A DNA stretch of 64,000 nt, taken from NCBI GenBank assembly GCA_965198235.1, contig OZ240248.1, forward strand, positions 4,416,001-4,480,000, given 5' to 3'. This document shows positions 9,388 through 19,967 of this stretch, piece by piece (position 1 is the first letter of the stretch; each line of letters starts with the position of its first letter). The notes under the pieces were generated by a model. It searched no databases and was not told where the DNA came from. It saw only the letters and a list, made by a program, of their open reading frames with translations. Source of the DNA: Candidatus Poribacteria bacterium. Its GTDB lineage: Bacteria; Poribacteria; WGA-4E; WGA-3G. A program made the translations under genes and the position numbers.

Positions 9388-10602
9388 ATGCAGACGTACA
9401 TTATCGCCACCGCCTACTTTCTCGTTATTATCGAACTACTGATTATTAGCCAATCCTTTCGGTACGCTCGGCGCGAACGCAAAGCGGATCGACCCGCTTA
9501 CACCCCAAAGGTGGCAATCATTGCGCCGCACTATGGATGGGATGCCGACACAGCAGAACACGCCAAAGGACTTCTGCATCAAGTTTACGCGGGTGAGTAT
9601 GAGGTCTTCTTCGTCACACACCAAAAATCCGATTCAGGACATGATGCCTCTTACCCACATCTATGTGAAATTGCTGAAACACATCCGTATGTCCACGTGC
9701 TGTTAGCCCCGAACATCGTTGACAATAACCTTCCACGTTCACAAAAGGTGCAGAACCTCCTAACAGCGATAGAAAAACTCCCAGACGATATCGAGGTCAT
9801 CGCATTTGTGGATGCCGATGTCGCTATTCGAGAGGATTGGCTAACGCTGCTTGTGAATCCACTTCAAGAGCCAGACATAGGGACAACCGTGGGTGGACGG
9901 TTCTATTTCCCACAAACATGGAATGTCGCATCTCTTGTGGAAGCCATCTGGGTAAACTTCCAGATGAGTTTCCAGGGCGACCATCCATTCTCAATGGTAT
10001 GGGGTGGCTCTAACGCCTTCCGCCGCGAGATGCTTGAGAAGGCACACATCCTTCAACGCTGGGAACAGGCAACCATCGAAGATCACAACACCACCCTTGC
10101 AATGAGAGATGTTAAGCACAAGGTGCATTTTGTCCCAGACTGCCTAGCCATTACGCGTACCGCCAACCGCACATGGCGCCAAATCGTCGAATTTACGAAC
10201 CGACAGATGATTATGACGCTCCACATGGGACTTTGGACGCAGTGGCTCGCGAGTCTGATTGTGTTTCTACTGAAAGGCATCTGCGTGTTTGGGATGATTC
10301 CGTTTCTATTTTATCGGGAAGGGCTGCTACCGATTGTCTTCATCCCTTTTCTGGAGGCATTTGGTTATAGGCTCTACGCCAAAAACCTGCCGAAGTGGCT
10401 CCGCGAAATGCCCAAGATGCGGGAGACAATTGGCGTAACCTCTTACGTCGCCTCAGTTTCACTATTCCTCGGCGGCATCAACGCCCTGTATGCAGTATTC
10501 CAACGCAAAATCACCTGGGGTGGGGTGCGATATGAAATTCTGTCAGCGACAAAATGTCGGGTTTTAGGGACAGTAAAACCCAAACGGAAAGACACCACTT
10601 AA
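9388..10602 (+). CDS. Membrane glycosyltransferase, GT2/GT21 (HpnI/ceramide glucosyltransferase-like)
   Basis: KVQNL, FVDAD, WGGS, IEDH, ITWGGVRY; N- and C-terminal TM segments. Confidence 0.8.
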   Translation: MQTYIIATAYFLVIIELLIISQSFRYARRERKADRPAYTPKVAIIAPHYGWDADTAEHAKGLLHQVYAGEYEVFFVTHQKSDSGHDASYPHLCEIAETHPYVHVLLAPNIVDNNLPRSQKVQNLLTAIEKLPDDIEVIAFVDADVAIREDWLTLLVNPLQEPDIGTTVGGRFYFPQTWNVASLVEAIWVNFQMSFQGDHPFSMVWGGSNAFRREMLEKAHILQRWEQATIEDHNTTLAMRDVKHKVHFVPDCLAITRTANRTWRQIVEFTNRQMIMTLHMGLWTQWLASLIVFLLKGICVFGMIPFLFYREGLLPIVFIPFLEAFGYRLYAKNLPKWLREMPKMRETIGVTSYVASVSLFLGGINALYAVFQRKITWGGVRYEILSATKCRVLGTVKPKRKDTT

Positions 10603-10622
10603 GGTTAAGTTTTAAAACACAC

Positions 10623-10651
10623 TTGCGTTTTTTTTCATAATGCGATATAGT
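10623..10651 (+). promoter_or_regulatory. sigma70-type promoter for msrB
   Basis: TTGCGT-N17-TATAGT. Confidence 0.55.
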
Positions 10652-10694
10652 ACTGAAGTAGGAAAATTCACTATATTCATGAGAGGAGTGAAGA

Positions 10695-11108
10695 ATGGGG
10701 GCAGAAAAAGTTATTAAATCAGAAAAAGAATGGCAAGAACAACTCTCACCGGAAGAATATAAGGTAACTCGGAAGAAAGGGACAGAACGCGCCTTTACAG
10801 GGCACTACCATGATTGTAAAGAGCAAGGCACCTATCACTGTATCTGCTGTGGAAGCCCGCTCTTTAGTTCCGAAACCAAGTACGACTCTGGAACAGGGTG
10901 GCCCAGTTTTTGGGATGCGGTCTCTCCGGAATCCATTGAGACGAAATCGGATTTCAGCATCTTTTTCATGCCGCGCACCGAAGTCGTCTGTAGCCGGTGT
11001 GATGCGCATATCGGGCACGTTTTCAACGACGGACCGTCGCCGACAGGTAAACGTTACTGCATGAATTCCGCGGCACTTACACTGGTAAAACCGGAAGACG
11101 AATCTTAA
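10695..11108 (+). CDS. msrB: Peptide-methionine (R)-S-oxide reductase
   Basis: GTERAF, Cxx[28 protein letters not shown]. Confidence 0.97.
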   Translation: MGAEKVIKSEKEWQEQLSPEEYKVTRKKGTERAFTGHYHDCKEQGTYHCICCGSPLFSSETKYDSGTGWPSFWDAVSPESIETKSDFSIFFMPRTEVVCSRCDAHIGHVFNDGPSPTGKRYCMNSAALTLVKPEDES

Positions 11109-11143
11109 CCTCCTAAAACACTCTTACAAAGAAAGGAGAACTG

Positions 11144-12364
11144 ATGGCACTACGAAGTCGAATCTCATCAAGGTTTCTCGTCAACGAACTCGCCACCGCT
11201 ATATCGGAGGATTGGGGGACTTCGCGGAAGTTAATGCGTTATCAACTCGCCAAAGAAAGCTTCAACTGGCGACATCCGCTCGGTGCGAAACATGGTAAAG
11301 GAGACGCTATCGAACTGGTAAGCCTCCGCATTACGGATATGTGCAACCTCCGTTGCCACTCCTGTGGACAATGGGGCGATAACGGTTACCTTCTTGGGGA
11401 ATCCCTCAAAGACCTCAAACAACGTGAAGTGCCGGTAGAAGTTTACAAAGCCCTCGTCGATCAGATTGTTGATGAAGGCTGGTCACCGGTTTGGTACATC
11501 TGGGGCGGCGAACCGATGCTTTACCCGGGCCTCATCGAATTGATGCACTACATCAAAGCGCGCGGAATGCCGATATCACTCGTCAGCAACGCGACCAACG
11601 TGGCAAGACGCGCCGACGACATTCTGGAAACCTGTAAAATTGTCTATCTGAGCGTCGATGGACCGAATGAGGAGATTCACAATACGCAACGTCCCGGTGT
11701 ATCCGACAACTACGACAACTTCAAGGATGTCAAAGCCGCACTTGAGACGCTTAGTGCTGAGAAAGAGAAGCGGAACCTTGCATTCCCTTACATTATCCCG
11801 CTGAGCTGCGTCACAATGTATAACATAGATGAGGTCGTAGATCTCTATAAGTTCACGAGCCAATACGCAGATGCGCAAATCTTCTATCTGACATGGTGGA
11901 TTGATGCTGAGGCTGCACAGGAACACACCGAAGAATTTGAGAACCGATTTGGGTTCAAACCACAAACGCACTACGGCTGGATAGGCACATGGAAAGATTT
12001 CGATCACGGCGTAATCTTGGATCGCTTTGAAGAGATGGAAAGTCTCTCCAATGAGCAGCGACGTTGCCCGCCCATCATGATGCCGAGACTCAATACAAAA
12101 GGCGAAATCCAACGCTATTATACCGATCATGAGCAAACCTTTGGGTACAACCAGTGTGTCAGCATCTACATGACAATGGAGATCGATAGTAATGGCGACG
12201 TAAGTCTCTGCCGCGATTACCACGACTATATCATCGGCAATATCAAGACGGACAAGGTTGTCGATATGTGGAACAACCAGAAGGCAATGAAATTCCGAAA
12301 ATCCGTGAGTAACGAGGGTCCCATGCCTGTCTGCCGCAGATGCTGCGGATTGATGGGATTTTAA
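11144..12364 (+). CDS. Radical SAM protein with C-terminal SPASM/Twitch domain
   Basis: CNLRCHSC, GGEP, SVDG, C...GDVSLC...IGNI...CRRCC. Confidence 0.9.
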   Translation: MALRSRISSRFLVNELATAISEDWGTSRKLMRYQLAKESFNWRHPLGAKHGKGDAIELVSLRITDMCNLRCHSCGQWGDNGYLLGESLKDLKQREVPVEVYKALVDQIVDEGWSPVWYIWGGEPMLYPGLIELMHYIKARGMPISLVSNATNVARRADDILETCKIVYLSVDGPNEEIHNTQRPGVSDNYDNFKDVKAALETLSAEKEKRNLAFPYIIPLSCVTMYNIDEVVDLYKFTSQYADAQIFYLTWWIDAEAAQEHTEEFENRFGFKPQTHYGWIGTWKDFDHGVILDRFEEMESLSNEQRRCPPIMMPRLNTKGEIQRYYTDHEQTFGYNQCVSIYMTMEIDSNGDVSLCRDYHDYIIGNIKTDKVVDMWNNQKAMKFRKSVSNEGPMPVCRRCCGLMGF

Positions 12365-12802
12365 TTATTCCTTGCGGTTCGGTTAGGGTAATTGGACAAA
12401 TAACCTTATCCCCCGTATATCCGCCTGCGCCGTTGTTGCAGGCTACCCTTTTGGGTTTAACGAAAACCTCTTAACCGATTGCTGACTGCCGACTACTAAT
12501 TATACCTTGCGGAGAAAAAATGGGGTTGATGTTTTGACATTTTTCGCGTTCGATCTGAAGAAACGCCCAAGCAATACGCAGAAATACCCTATCAAAAACA
12601 CCCCTCTATTACGTTACGGGCTACGTTTTAACTGAAAACTGATAAGTTTTTAATTTTGGAGTACTGATCTGCCTTCCACTACGTTTCAGGCAGATTCTTG
12701 GTGCAATTCGCACGGGGCATGTTCCCGGAAACCCTTTCGTACTTAACCAGAAACCATCGCGAAACGTAGTGGAGCGATGCTCAGAGGACCATAGTTAAAA
12801 AT

Positions 12803-13666
12803 ATGAAAATTGGATTACGAATTCCCGGCACAGCCCGTCAATTGCCCTTCGCAGACTTTTGTAAGTGGTGTGCAGATAACGGGTTTGAAGCTGTTGACAT
12901 TGGAGAAACGACCCCCGAAATTGTCCAAACCGCGAGAGATGCCGGTCTTGTGATCGGCACGGCAGATCTCCCCGGTGTCAGCGACTTACTCAGCACGAAA
13001 AAATCTAAACAGAGAGCTGGTGCTTCGGCAGCAAAAGCCGCCATCGAAGCCGCCGCTGACAACGACGTACATATTATGTTCTGCGTCTTTGTCCCAGAAG
13101 ATGCCAGTCTCGACAGAGCCAAAAACTTTGACATTTGGAAGCAAACCGTCCCCCCTATCGCCGAATTCGCCGCCTCTAAAGGTGTAACCATCGCGATAGA
13201 GGGATGGCCCGGTCCCGGTCCCGCCTATCCTGCCCTCGGTTGCACACCGGAGATGTGGCGTGCGATGTTCGCGGAATGTTCCTCCCCGGGATTAGGACTC
13301 AACTACGATCCATCGCACCTCGTCAGAATCGGTATCGACTATCTACGAGCTTTGAACGAATTCGCACCGTATGTCAAACACGTCCATGGGAAGGACACTG
13401 CCTTCGACGAAGAAGCACTCTACTTACACGGCAATTTGGGACCGAGTCTTCAATCTGCACAAGGTTTCGGTGAAGATTGGTGGCGTTATACCATCCCTGG
13501 TGACGGGATAGTGGATTGGCTGAGAGTGGTTCAACGTTTGGAAGACGAGGGTTTTGATGGCATTGTCAGCGTAGAACTTGAAGATTATCGGTATTGGCGA
13601 ACGTGGGAAGCAGAATCGGACGGTCTGCGCCGCTCACGCGAATTCCTCGCGGAGTTTGTGCGGTAA
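12803..13666 (+). CDS. Sugar phosphate isomerase/epimerase (xylose isomerase-like TIM barrel)
   Basis: AIEGWP, GLNYDPSHL, HVHGKD, PGDGIVDW, SVELE. Confidence 0.88.
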   Translation: MKIGLRIPGTARQLPFADFCKWCADNGFEAVDIGETTPEIVQTARDAGLVIGTADLPGVSDLLSTKKSKQRAGASAAKAAIEAAADNDVHIMFCVFVPEDASLDRAKNFDIWKQTVPPIAEFAASKGVTIAIEGWPGPGPAYPALGCTPEMWRAMFAECSSPGLGLNYDPSHLVRIGIDYLRALNEFAPYVKHVHGKDTAFDEEALYLHGNLGPSLQSAQGFGEDWWRYTIPGDGIVDWLRVVQRLEDEGFDGIVSVELEDYRYWRTWEAESDGLRRSREFLAEFVR

Positions 13667-13736
13667 TTCGTCCCGTGTTCGCATAGACGCGCCTCATTCG
13701 TTAAAAAGGCAACGGCGCAGCCAAGGAGAATTTACG

Positions 13737-14666
13737 ATGAAAGAACTTCTTCATAAGGGCATGGAAGCTTCGCCTGAGAAGTATCTTCCGCACCTGATTA
13801 CAGAAGAAGAGCGCACCCATTTTGAAGAAAATGGCTACCTATACATCCCGAACGCTCTCTCTACTGAAATGCGGGAACAACTCATACACACCGTAGACAC
13901 ACTGCACAACAAGGCACTCGCTACAGGGAGGGCAAAGCCCGACTCGCAGTGGGGTTGGTCGGATTTCTTAGGTGCCGACGACGCGCTCTTGAACCTCGTC
14001 GATTTTCACACGACGTTACCGAAAGTGTGGGGAATTTTGGGATGGAATATCTATCTATACCACGCTCACATGCACGTTAAACCGCCAGCCTCATCGGAGG
14101 CTGAAGAGGGTGAAGGATGGCTGGAATGGCACCAAGACAGCGGACGCGTTAACATCGAGCTGGAAACGCGTCCGCGTCCGCGTTTGTCCCTGAAAGTGGG
14201 ATACTTCCTCACAGATGTCTCTGAGCCCGGACGTGGTAATTTCTACATCCGCCCGGGGAGCCATCTGAAGTCAGATATGAACGTTCCAACGTCCGAAATC
14301 AGTCGCGACCCGCGCGAAGCCACCGCAGACGATGTGCCTGACGATGCAATGCCGGTCTGCGTGGAACCCGGAACTGCCGTTCTGTTCGATAGACGGCTCT
14401 GGCACTCGCGGAGTCCGAATCACTCCGAGCTTACTCGGAAGGCACTCTTCTACGGCTACGGCTACCGTTGGATCCGTCCGAAAGACGAGATGACGGTTGA
14501 ACCGCTCTATGATCGGTGCGATTCGATCCGGCGGCAACTGCTCGGTGCCGCTACCCGAAACAATGGACGCTACGTTCCCGCCGAAGAAGATGTCCCGCTG
14601 CGTGGATGGCTTCTTGAAAACCTCGGTGACGATCCGACCCTTGCGATGGGACCCCGGCACGCTTAA
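13737..14666 (+). CDS. Phytanoyl-CoA dioxygenase (PhyH) family Fe(II)/2OG enzyme
   Basis: FEENGYL, WHQD, PGSH, FDRRLWH; RBS AAGGAG before ATG 13737. Confidence 0.88.
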   Translation: MKELLHKGMEASPEKYLPHLITEEERTHFEENGYLYIPNALSTEMREQLIHTVDTLHNKALATGRAKPDSQWGWSDFLGADDALLNLVDFHTTLPKVWGILGWNIYLYHAHMHVKPPASSEAEEGEGWLEWHQDSGRVNIELETRPRPRLSLKVGYFLTDVSEPGRGNFYIRPGSHLKSDMNVPTSEISRDPREATADDVPDDAMPVCVEPGTAVLFDRRLWHSRSPNHSELTRKALFYGYGYRWIRPKDEMTVEPLYDRCDSIRRQLLGAATRNNGRYVPAEEDVPLRGWLLENLGDDPTLAMGPRHA

Positions 14667-14760
14667 TTCCATAATTCCTTAGGGCGAGGTCACGTATCTC
14701 GCCCTACTCTCTCTTCCGCATTCGTCCACCCACATCCCCCACATACTTAGGAATGTCCCC

Positions 14761-15164
14761 ATGAAAACTGTATTATTTATATGCATTGTGGCAACACTCA
14801 CCCTACCGAGTGCGTTTGCCGCACCCGAATGGAAACCTTATGACGACTTTGAGGGAGATTTAGACGCAATTGATGAGACACCCGGGCAAATACCAGATCT
14901 CGGCACGAAATGGGTTCGCTTCGTCCCAGAGAAACGCTTAGAGATGGGCATCAAGGATGGCATCTTACGGAATGGCAAAAGGACGACATCCCTTCTAACG
15001 CTGACTTAGGCGAATTTCCGTGGTGGAGTATCTATATCACCGCCGACCAAGTGGTTGAGATCGCCGTTGACGATGTTTTCGTAAAATCAGAGAGTCTGCC
15101 TTACCCCGTAGAAGCACGTGGCAAATTGGCTTCACGTTGGGGTGAAATCAAGTTAGGGGATTAG
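14761..15164 (+). pseudogene. Internally deleted or frameshifted secreted protein with signal peptide and C-terminal 'VEARGKLASRWGEIK' tail
   Basis: Signal peptide in the 14761 frame, tail motif in the 14910 frame; frame switch near 14965. Confidence 0.65.
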
Positions 15165-15236
15165 TGTAGCCCTTCACTCACTCGATTCCATTTCGGGATG
15201 TTGTAAGACAGATCGCCTGCTCGACTCGCAGGAGAC

Positions 15237-15265
15237 TTGATTATTTTCATATTTCTGGGTATAAT
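15237..15265 (+). promoter_or_regulatory. sigma70 promoter upstream of the mdh leader
   Basis: TTGATT-N17-TATAAT. Confidence 0.65.
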
Positions 15266-15270
15266 TAACA

Positions 15271-15391
15271 GAGAGTGGCTCATAACGTGTCAAGGGCACA
15301 ATTTTTTTGGAGTGCAACCTCTGAGATTGTGTCGGGGAGCCGCAAACTAACAGTTTGCGGTACAAAACGCCGCGAAGCATGCGTTACTCTC
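15271..15391 (+). ncRNA. Candidate structured RNA or cis-regulatory leader of mdh
   Basis: P1 GAGAGTGGC/GTTACTCTC, P2 GGCACAATTT/AGATTGTGTC, P3 CCGCAAACT/AGTTTGCGG; starts at the predicted TSS. Confidence 0.4.
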
Positions 15392-15428
15392 AATTAAATT
15401 AAGAATAAAAAAATCGTTTGTCTTCACA

Positions 15429-16367
15429 ATGGAGGAAGAAGTGGCAAGAAAAAAAATCAGTGTTATCGGTGCGGGGAACGTCGGTGCAACAGCGGCGTTT
15501 CTGATCGCACAAAAACAACTCGGGGATGTCGTCATGGTAGACATCGTAGACGGGGTCCCGCAAGGTAAGGCATTGGACATGGCACAAATGGGTCCCATAG
15601 AAATGTTTGATGCCGCAGTTGACGGAGATCTGGACTACGTAGCAACCGCAGGTTCCGATCTCGTAATTATCACATCAGGTTCCCCACGGAAACCGGGGAT
15701 GACGCGTGAGGATCTGTTGCAAACGAACGCCAATATCGTCGGAAGCGTCACAGAAAACGTCGTGAAACAGTCGCCAGACTGCATCATCATGATGCTCACC
15801 AACCCGCTCGACATTATGACCTACCATGCGTGGAAGGTTTCAGGGTTCCCATCACACCGCGTCGTCGGACAGGCTGGCGTGCTGGATTCGGCACGGTTTC
15901 GCTATTTTATCTCGCTCGAACTCGGCGTATCCATGGAAGACATCCATGCGCTCGTCCTCGGCGGACATGGCGATACAATGGTCCCGCTCCCGCGCTATAC
16001 TACCGTCAACGGTATCCCGATCCCGCAACTCATACCGGAAGATCGCATTGAAGCGATGGCACAACGGACTCGCGACGGGGGTGCAGAAATCGTTAACCTC
16101 CTTAAAACGAGTGGCTATTATGCCGCCGGTGCCTCATTGGCACAGATGGCGGAGGCTATCATCCTCGATAAAAAACGCCTGCTCCCCTGCTCTGCACACC
16201 TCACTGGACAGTACGGTATCGACGATCTCTATATCGGCGTTCCGATTAAACTCGGTGGAAACGGCATAGAGGAGATCATTGAGATCGAATTAACAGATGA
16301 CGAACTCGGCTCCTTACAACATTCCGCAGCAACCTATCAAGAAGGCATCGAATTGTTGGGGTACTAA
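15429..16367 (+). CDS. mdh: Malate dehydrogenase (LDH-like)
   Basis: IGAGNVG, PRKPGMTREDL, NPLD, GVLDSAR, GGHGD. Confidence 0.95.
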   Translation: MEEEVARKKISVIGAGNVGATAAFLIAQKQLGDVVMVDIVDGVPQGKALDMAQMGPIEMFDAAVDGDLDYVATAGSDLVIITSGSPRKPGMTREDLLQTNANIVGSVTENVVKQSPDCIIMMLTNPLDIMTYHAWKVSGFPSHRVVGQAGVLDSARFRYFISLELGVSMEDIHALVLGGHGDTMVPLPRYTTVNGIPIPQLIPEDRIEAMAQRTRDGGAEIVNLLKTSGYYAAGASLAQMAEAIILDKKRLLPCSAHLTGQYGIDDLYIGVPIKLGGNGIEEIIEIELTDDELGSLQHSAATYQEGIELLGY

Positions 16368-16487
16368 GTAATTTTTCCATAGTCTCAACATCCCGACTGA
16401 GGACTCTGTTCTGCGTGTCAGATTGCCCGAACACAATTAAGAGGCGGGCTCCGTGCCCGCCAACCTTTATCATTTCAAAGCGTATCA

Positions 16488-17966
16488 ATGCCAAGCTACC
16501 TCACAACAGCAAAGTATTTGAACGGCATCCACTGTCTCAAACGGCTCTGGTATGAAGAAAAACACACTGAAAAAGCATCACCTATCTCCTTGTCCCAGCA
16601 GCGACTTTTCGATCAGCGCAAAGCGGTAAAAACCCTTGCCCACTGCCAATTTCCAGAGGGTGTATACATTGACGCTAAAGACCCTGATGTTGCCGTCCGA
16701 CAAACTAAAACCGCAATGCGTCGTGGCGAATCCTGTCTCTTCGACGCTGCCTTTCGTTCAAATGGTGCTTTCGTCCGATGCGATATCCTCCAAAAAGACA
16801 AAAAAGGGTGGCGAATCATTGAGATTAGAACATCAAAGAAAATCAAAAAGGAATATCTCCTTAACTTGGCTTTACAAAGGCACATTTTGGATACATACGA
16901 TATACCGATCTCTGCTACGCAATTGATGCTCCTAAACGAAGAGTGCGTTTATCCAGATTTGTCCAATCTGTTTGTTTTTGAAGATGTGACGGATAAGGTT
17001 AATTTGTTAAAACAGGGAGTCCCTGACTATCTATCGACGTTCAAGACAACACTCTACAGAGATGTTGAACCGAACGTCCTGATTGGAAAAAACCTATGCA
17101 ACCAGCCCCATAGATGCCCCTACAAAACATCCTGTTGGGCGTTTGTGCCTAAGAATTCGGTTTTCACTATTCCGAGAATCAAAGATCCCGAAGCGACTGC
17201 CTTGGCAGAAAATGGTATTTTTCGCCTCTCCGATCTCCCAGCCGATTTCTCGCTGACCCCTGTGCAAAGCACCTATGTTGACAGCGTTCTTGAAAATAAA
17301 CCAGTAATCGACAGAGTCGCAATCCGACAAGAATTAGCAAACTTGCAGTATCCGATCCACTTTCTCGATTTTGAGACCGATAGCCCCGCGATTCCAAGGT
17401 TCGACGGTTTCAAGGTCCACGAAGAATTTCCGTTTCAATACAGCTGTCACGTCCTTCAATCCGATGGCGTGGTTACACATCACGAATACCTGCATACCGA
17501 TATAACCGATCCACGTTTACCGCTCTTGAAATCTCTGCTCGCGCACATTGCCGACCGCGGTTCTATAGTCGTTTACAATCTGTCCCTTGAACGTCGGATA
17601 TTAAGAGGTTTGACTGAATCTTTCCCCGAATACACTCCGGCACTTCAATCAATCATTAAAAGACTCTGGGATCAGTTGACGATACTCAGAAAACACTATG
17701 AGCATCCTGATTTCTGCGGTTCTAAATCCCTCAAGGTGGTCCTTCCTGTGTTAGTGCCTTCGCTTTCCTATAAGACTTTAGACATTCAAGAGGGTGGTGC
17801 CGCGCCAGCAGTTTGGAATTTGATGCTCAGTGCAAACAATGAAACCGAAAAAAACGAATGGATTAATCGTTTGAGAGCCTACTGTAAACTCGATACGCTT
17901 GCTATGCTTGAAATCCATAAGGTGTTGCAAGAAAAAAGCACCATAGCCGTCAATTTAGTGCTGTAG
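16488..17966 (+). CDS. DUF2779 domain protein (Cas4-like N-terminal nuclease fold plus RNase H-like domain)
   Basis: C.KRLW...C...CPY..SC cysteine set; YPIHFLDFET, PFQYS, SLKVVLP, YCKLDT. Confidence 0.82.
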   Translation: MPSYLTTAKYLNGIHCLKRLWYEEKHTEKASPISLSQQRLFDQRKAVKTLAHCQFPEGVYIDAKDPDVAVRQTKTAMRRGESCLFDAAFRSNGAFVRCDILQKDKKGWRIIEIRTSKKIKKEYLLNLALQRHILDTYDIPISATQLMLLNEECVYPDLSNLFVFEDVTDKVNLLKQGVPDYLSTFKTTLYRDVEPNVLIGKNLCNQPHRCPYKTSCWAFVPKNSVFTIPRIKDPEATALAENGIFRLSDLPADFSLTPVQSTYVDSVLENKPVIDRVAIRQELANLQYPIHFLDFETDSPAIPRFDGFKVHEEFPFQYSCHVLQSDGVVTHHEYLHTDITDPRLPLLKSLLAHIADRGSIVVYNLSLERRILRGLTESFPEYTPALQSIIKRLWDQLTILRKHYEHPDFCGSKSLKVVLPVLVPSLSYKTLDIQEGGAAPAVWNLMLSANNETEKNEWINRLRAYCKLDTLAMLEIHKVLQEKSTIAVNLVL

Positions 17967-18206
17967 GTTGGGTTGAACGGAACTGAAAAGTCCAATGCCG
18001 ACACCTCAAACACGTCTCAAACATAATAGCAGTTATATGCTATCAAAGACATAGTAAAACCCAACTTTATACCCTCATCTCCAAGCAACTCCACCGGAAA
18101 AGCGTTGGGTTTCACTCGGTCTTTCTGTGATAGAGGTCGTATGGAGCAAATATCGACTTTCTTTGAGTTGCTGACGTTTTGGTTCCGCCCGTTCAACCCA
18201 ACCTAC
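17963..18206. repeat. Inverted pair of 103-bp GTAG-REP-like elements (17963-18065 +, 18104-18206 -)
   Basis: GTAGGTTGGGTTGAACGG-N72-AGT(A/G)AAACCCAAC in both; the first supplies the TAG stop of the DUF2779 gene. Confidence 0.85.
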
Positions 18207-18638
18207 GATGAAATATTTTCTTAAATTGACATATATGGTGTTGCAAGAAAAAAGCACCTACCACACATAACGTGATAGGTGCTATGGAAACAGAGACTGC
18301 AATAGGTTAAGCGAAGTCCCTATTTGTCTCTACTTTTGGGAGGTTACAAAGCGTCTAAGAAGTCCTCAAGAAGACCTTTATAATTTATAACGCAAGTTTC
18401 CATCTATTTATAGACATAGCACCCCTACGGGGTGCGATTGCTCGTGTGGCCATTTTCTATAGACATAGCACCCCTACAGGGTGGGGAAAGTGCCTAAAGA
18501 ACCTTAATGCTCTAATTCCATTTTTTAAAAAAGTGGGCATTCATACAGCCAGTTTATTTTCCTACTTCTTATCTTTACCCTCGTCAACGACTTCGCTATC
18601 GGCAGATTTAGTAGTACCTACATCCATCTGTTCTGATT

Positions 18639-19244
18639 TTACGCCTTCTGTGCGACCATACTGGAGAGGATGCCAAGAACTTTGTCGCACTGCGCGATTT
18701 GGTAGGTCGTCATATCGATATGCAGGCACTTTTCTCCCAATCTGAGGAATTGCCAATCTATACCTGTCGTAGAGGCACCATAAACGTAAGAGATATTATT
18801 CCCTTTTTCTTCATTAAAACGCTGGGCGGCGAGCATCTCGGCGACACATTGTCCGAGTCCAAGTTTCACGTCCGTATTTTTTGCTTCGACAAGAATAATG
18901 ACAGGTGCTTCCACATAAAATTGGTTCGACGACAGACTTACCAAAAAATCGCACACTCCGGTCAAGCCGCTTTCAGGATCAACGCTGAACTCAATCCCAG
19001 AAAATAAGCTGATGCGGCGATCTAAGTGTTCAAGAAGGTCAACGAGCACATCGGCGACAATCATTTCTGAACGTGCTTTCTCTGTACCGATAGCAGTGGC
19101 TAATGGTGCCTTCTTCGCTAATCCCGTCGTGAGATACTCACTTGGGGTCACTGGTTCCACTTCAGAAAAGAGTCCCGCGGTGTCAACCTTTTCAAGTTGA
19201 AACGTTGACACTACCGATTCTAAAGTAAATTCACTGTAAGCCAT
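18639..19244 (-). CDS. PD-(D/E)XK nuclease-like hypothetical protein, tandem paralog 2
   Basis: EKARSE, GVCDFL, ILVEAK, GLGQC.AEM.AAQ, TTG..W.F; 201 aa. Confidence 0.75.
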   Translation of the reverse strand: MAYSEFTLESVVSTFQLEKVDTAGLFSEVEPVTPSEYLTTGLAKKAPLATAIGTEKARSEMIVADVLVDLLEHLDRRISLFSGIEFSVDPESGLTGVCDFLVSLSSNQFYVEAPVIILVEAKNTDVKLGLGQCVAEMLAAQRFNEEKGNNISYVYGASTTGIDWQFLRLGEKCLHIDMTTYQIAQCDKVLGILSSMVAQKA

Positions 19245-19275
19245 TGAGTCTCCTCCATGGAACCACAGGATCCGT

Positions 19276-19881
19276 TTACGCTTTTTGTGCGGCCATACTG
19301 GAGAGGATGCCGAGGATCTTGTCGCACCGCTCAATCGTGTAGGTCGTCATATCAATGTGCAGACAGTTTCCCTCCAACTTGAGGAATTGCCAGTCGATCC
19401 CTGTCGTAGAAGCTCCATAAACACAAGAGATGTCATTTCCTTTCTCAGAATTAAAACGTTGGGCTGCGATCATCTCCGCTATACACTGCCCAAGTCCAAG
19501 TTTTATGTCAGCGTTTTTCGCCTCAACAAGGATGACAATAGGTACCTCCAAATAAAATTGATTTGGCGACAGACTTATTAAAAAATCACACACACCGGTC
19601 AAGCCATCTTCGGCATTAACGCTGAAGTCAATTCCAGAAAAGAAACTAATACGGCGATCGAAGTGCTCAAGGAGTTCAACGAGCACATCAGCGACAATCA
19701 ATTCCGATCGTGCTTTTTCGGTGCTGATAGCGGTAGCTAATGATGCTTTTTTTGCTAATGCTGTAGTGAGATGCGCACTGGGCATCACCGTTTCTACTTC
19801 AGAAAAGAGCCCTATGATATCAACCTTTTCGAGTTGAAACGTTGGCACTACCGATTCTAAGGTAAACTCACTATAAGCCAT
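19276..19881 (-). CDS. PD-(D/E)XK nuclease-like hypothetical protein, tandem paralog 1
   Basis: Same motifs and length (201 aa) as its neighbour; RBS GGAGG. Confidence 0.75.
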   Translation of the reverse strand: MAYSEFTLESVVPTFQLEKVDIIGLFSEVETVMPSAHLTTALAKKASLATAISTEKARSELIVADVLVELLEHFDRRISFFSGIDFSVNAEDGLTGVCDFLISLSPNQFYLEVPIVILVEAKNADIKLGLGQCIAEMIAAQRFNSEKGNDISCVYGASTTGIDWQFLKLEGNCLHIDMTTYTIERCDKILGILSSMAAQKA

Positions 19882-19967
19882 TGATCGAACCTCCCCTATA
19901 GCACTAGACGATTACTAAGGAACAACTGCATCTTAACACTACTGTAACGGCACACGGCGTGTGCCTA

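Noticed and set aside
16488-17966. cas4 gene of a CRISPR system
   Set aside because: The Cas4-like fold is fused to DUF2779 and there are no other cas genes or arrays
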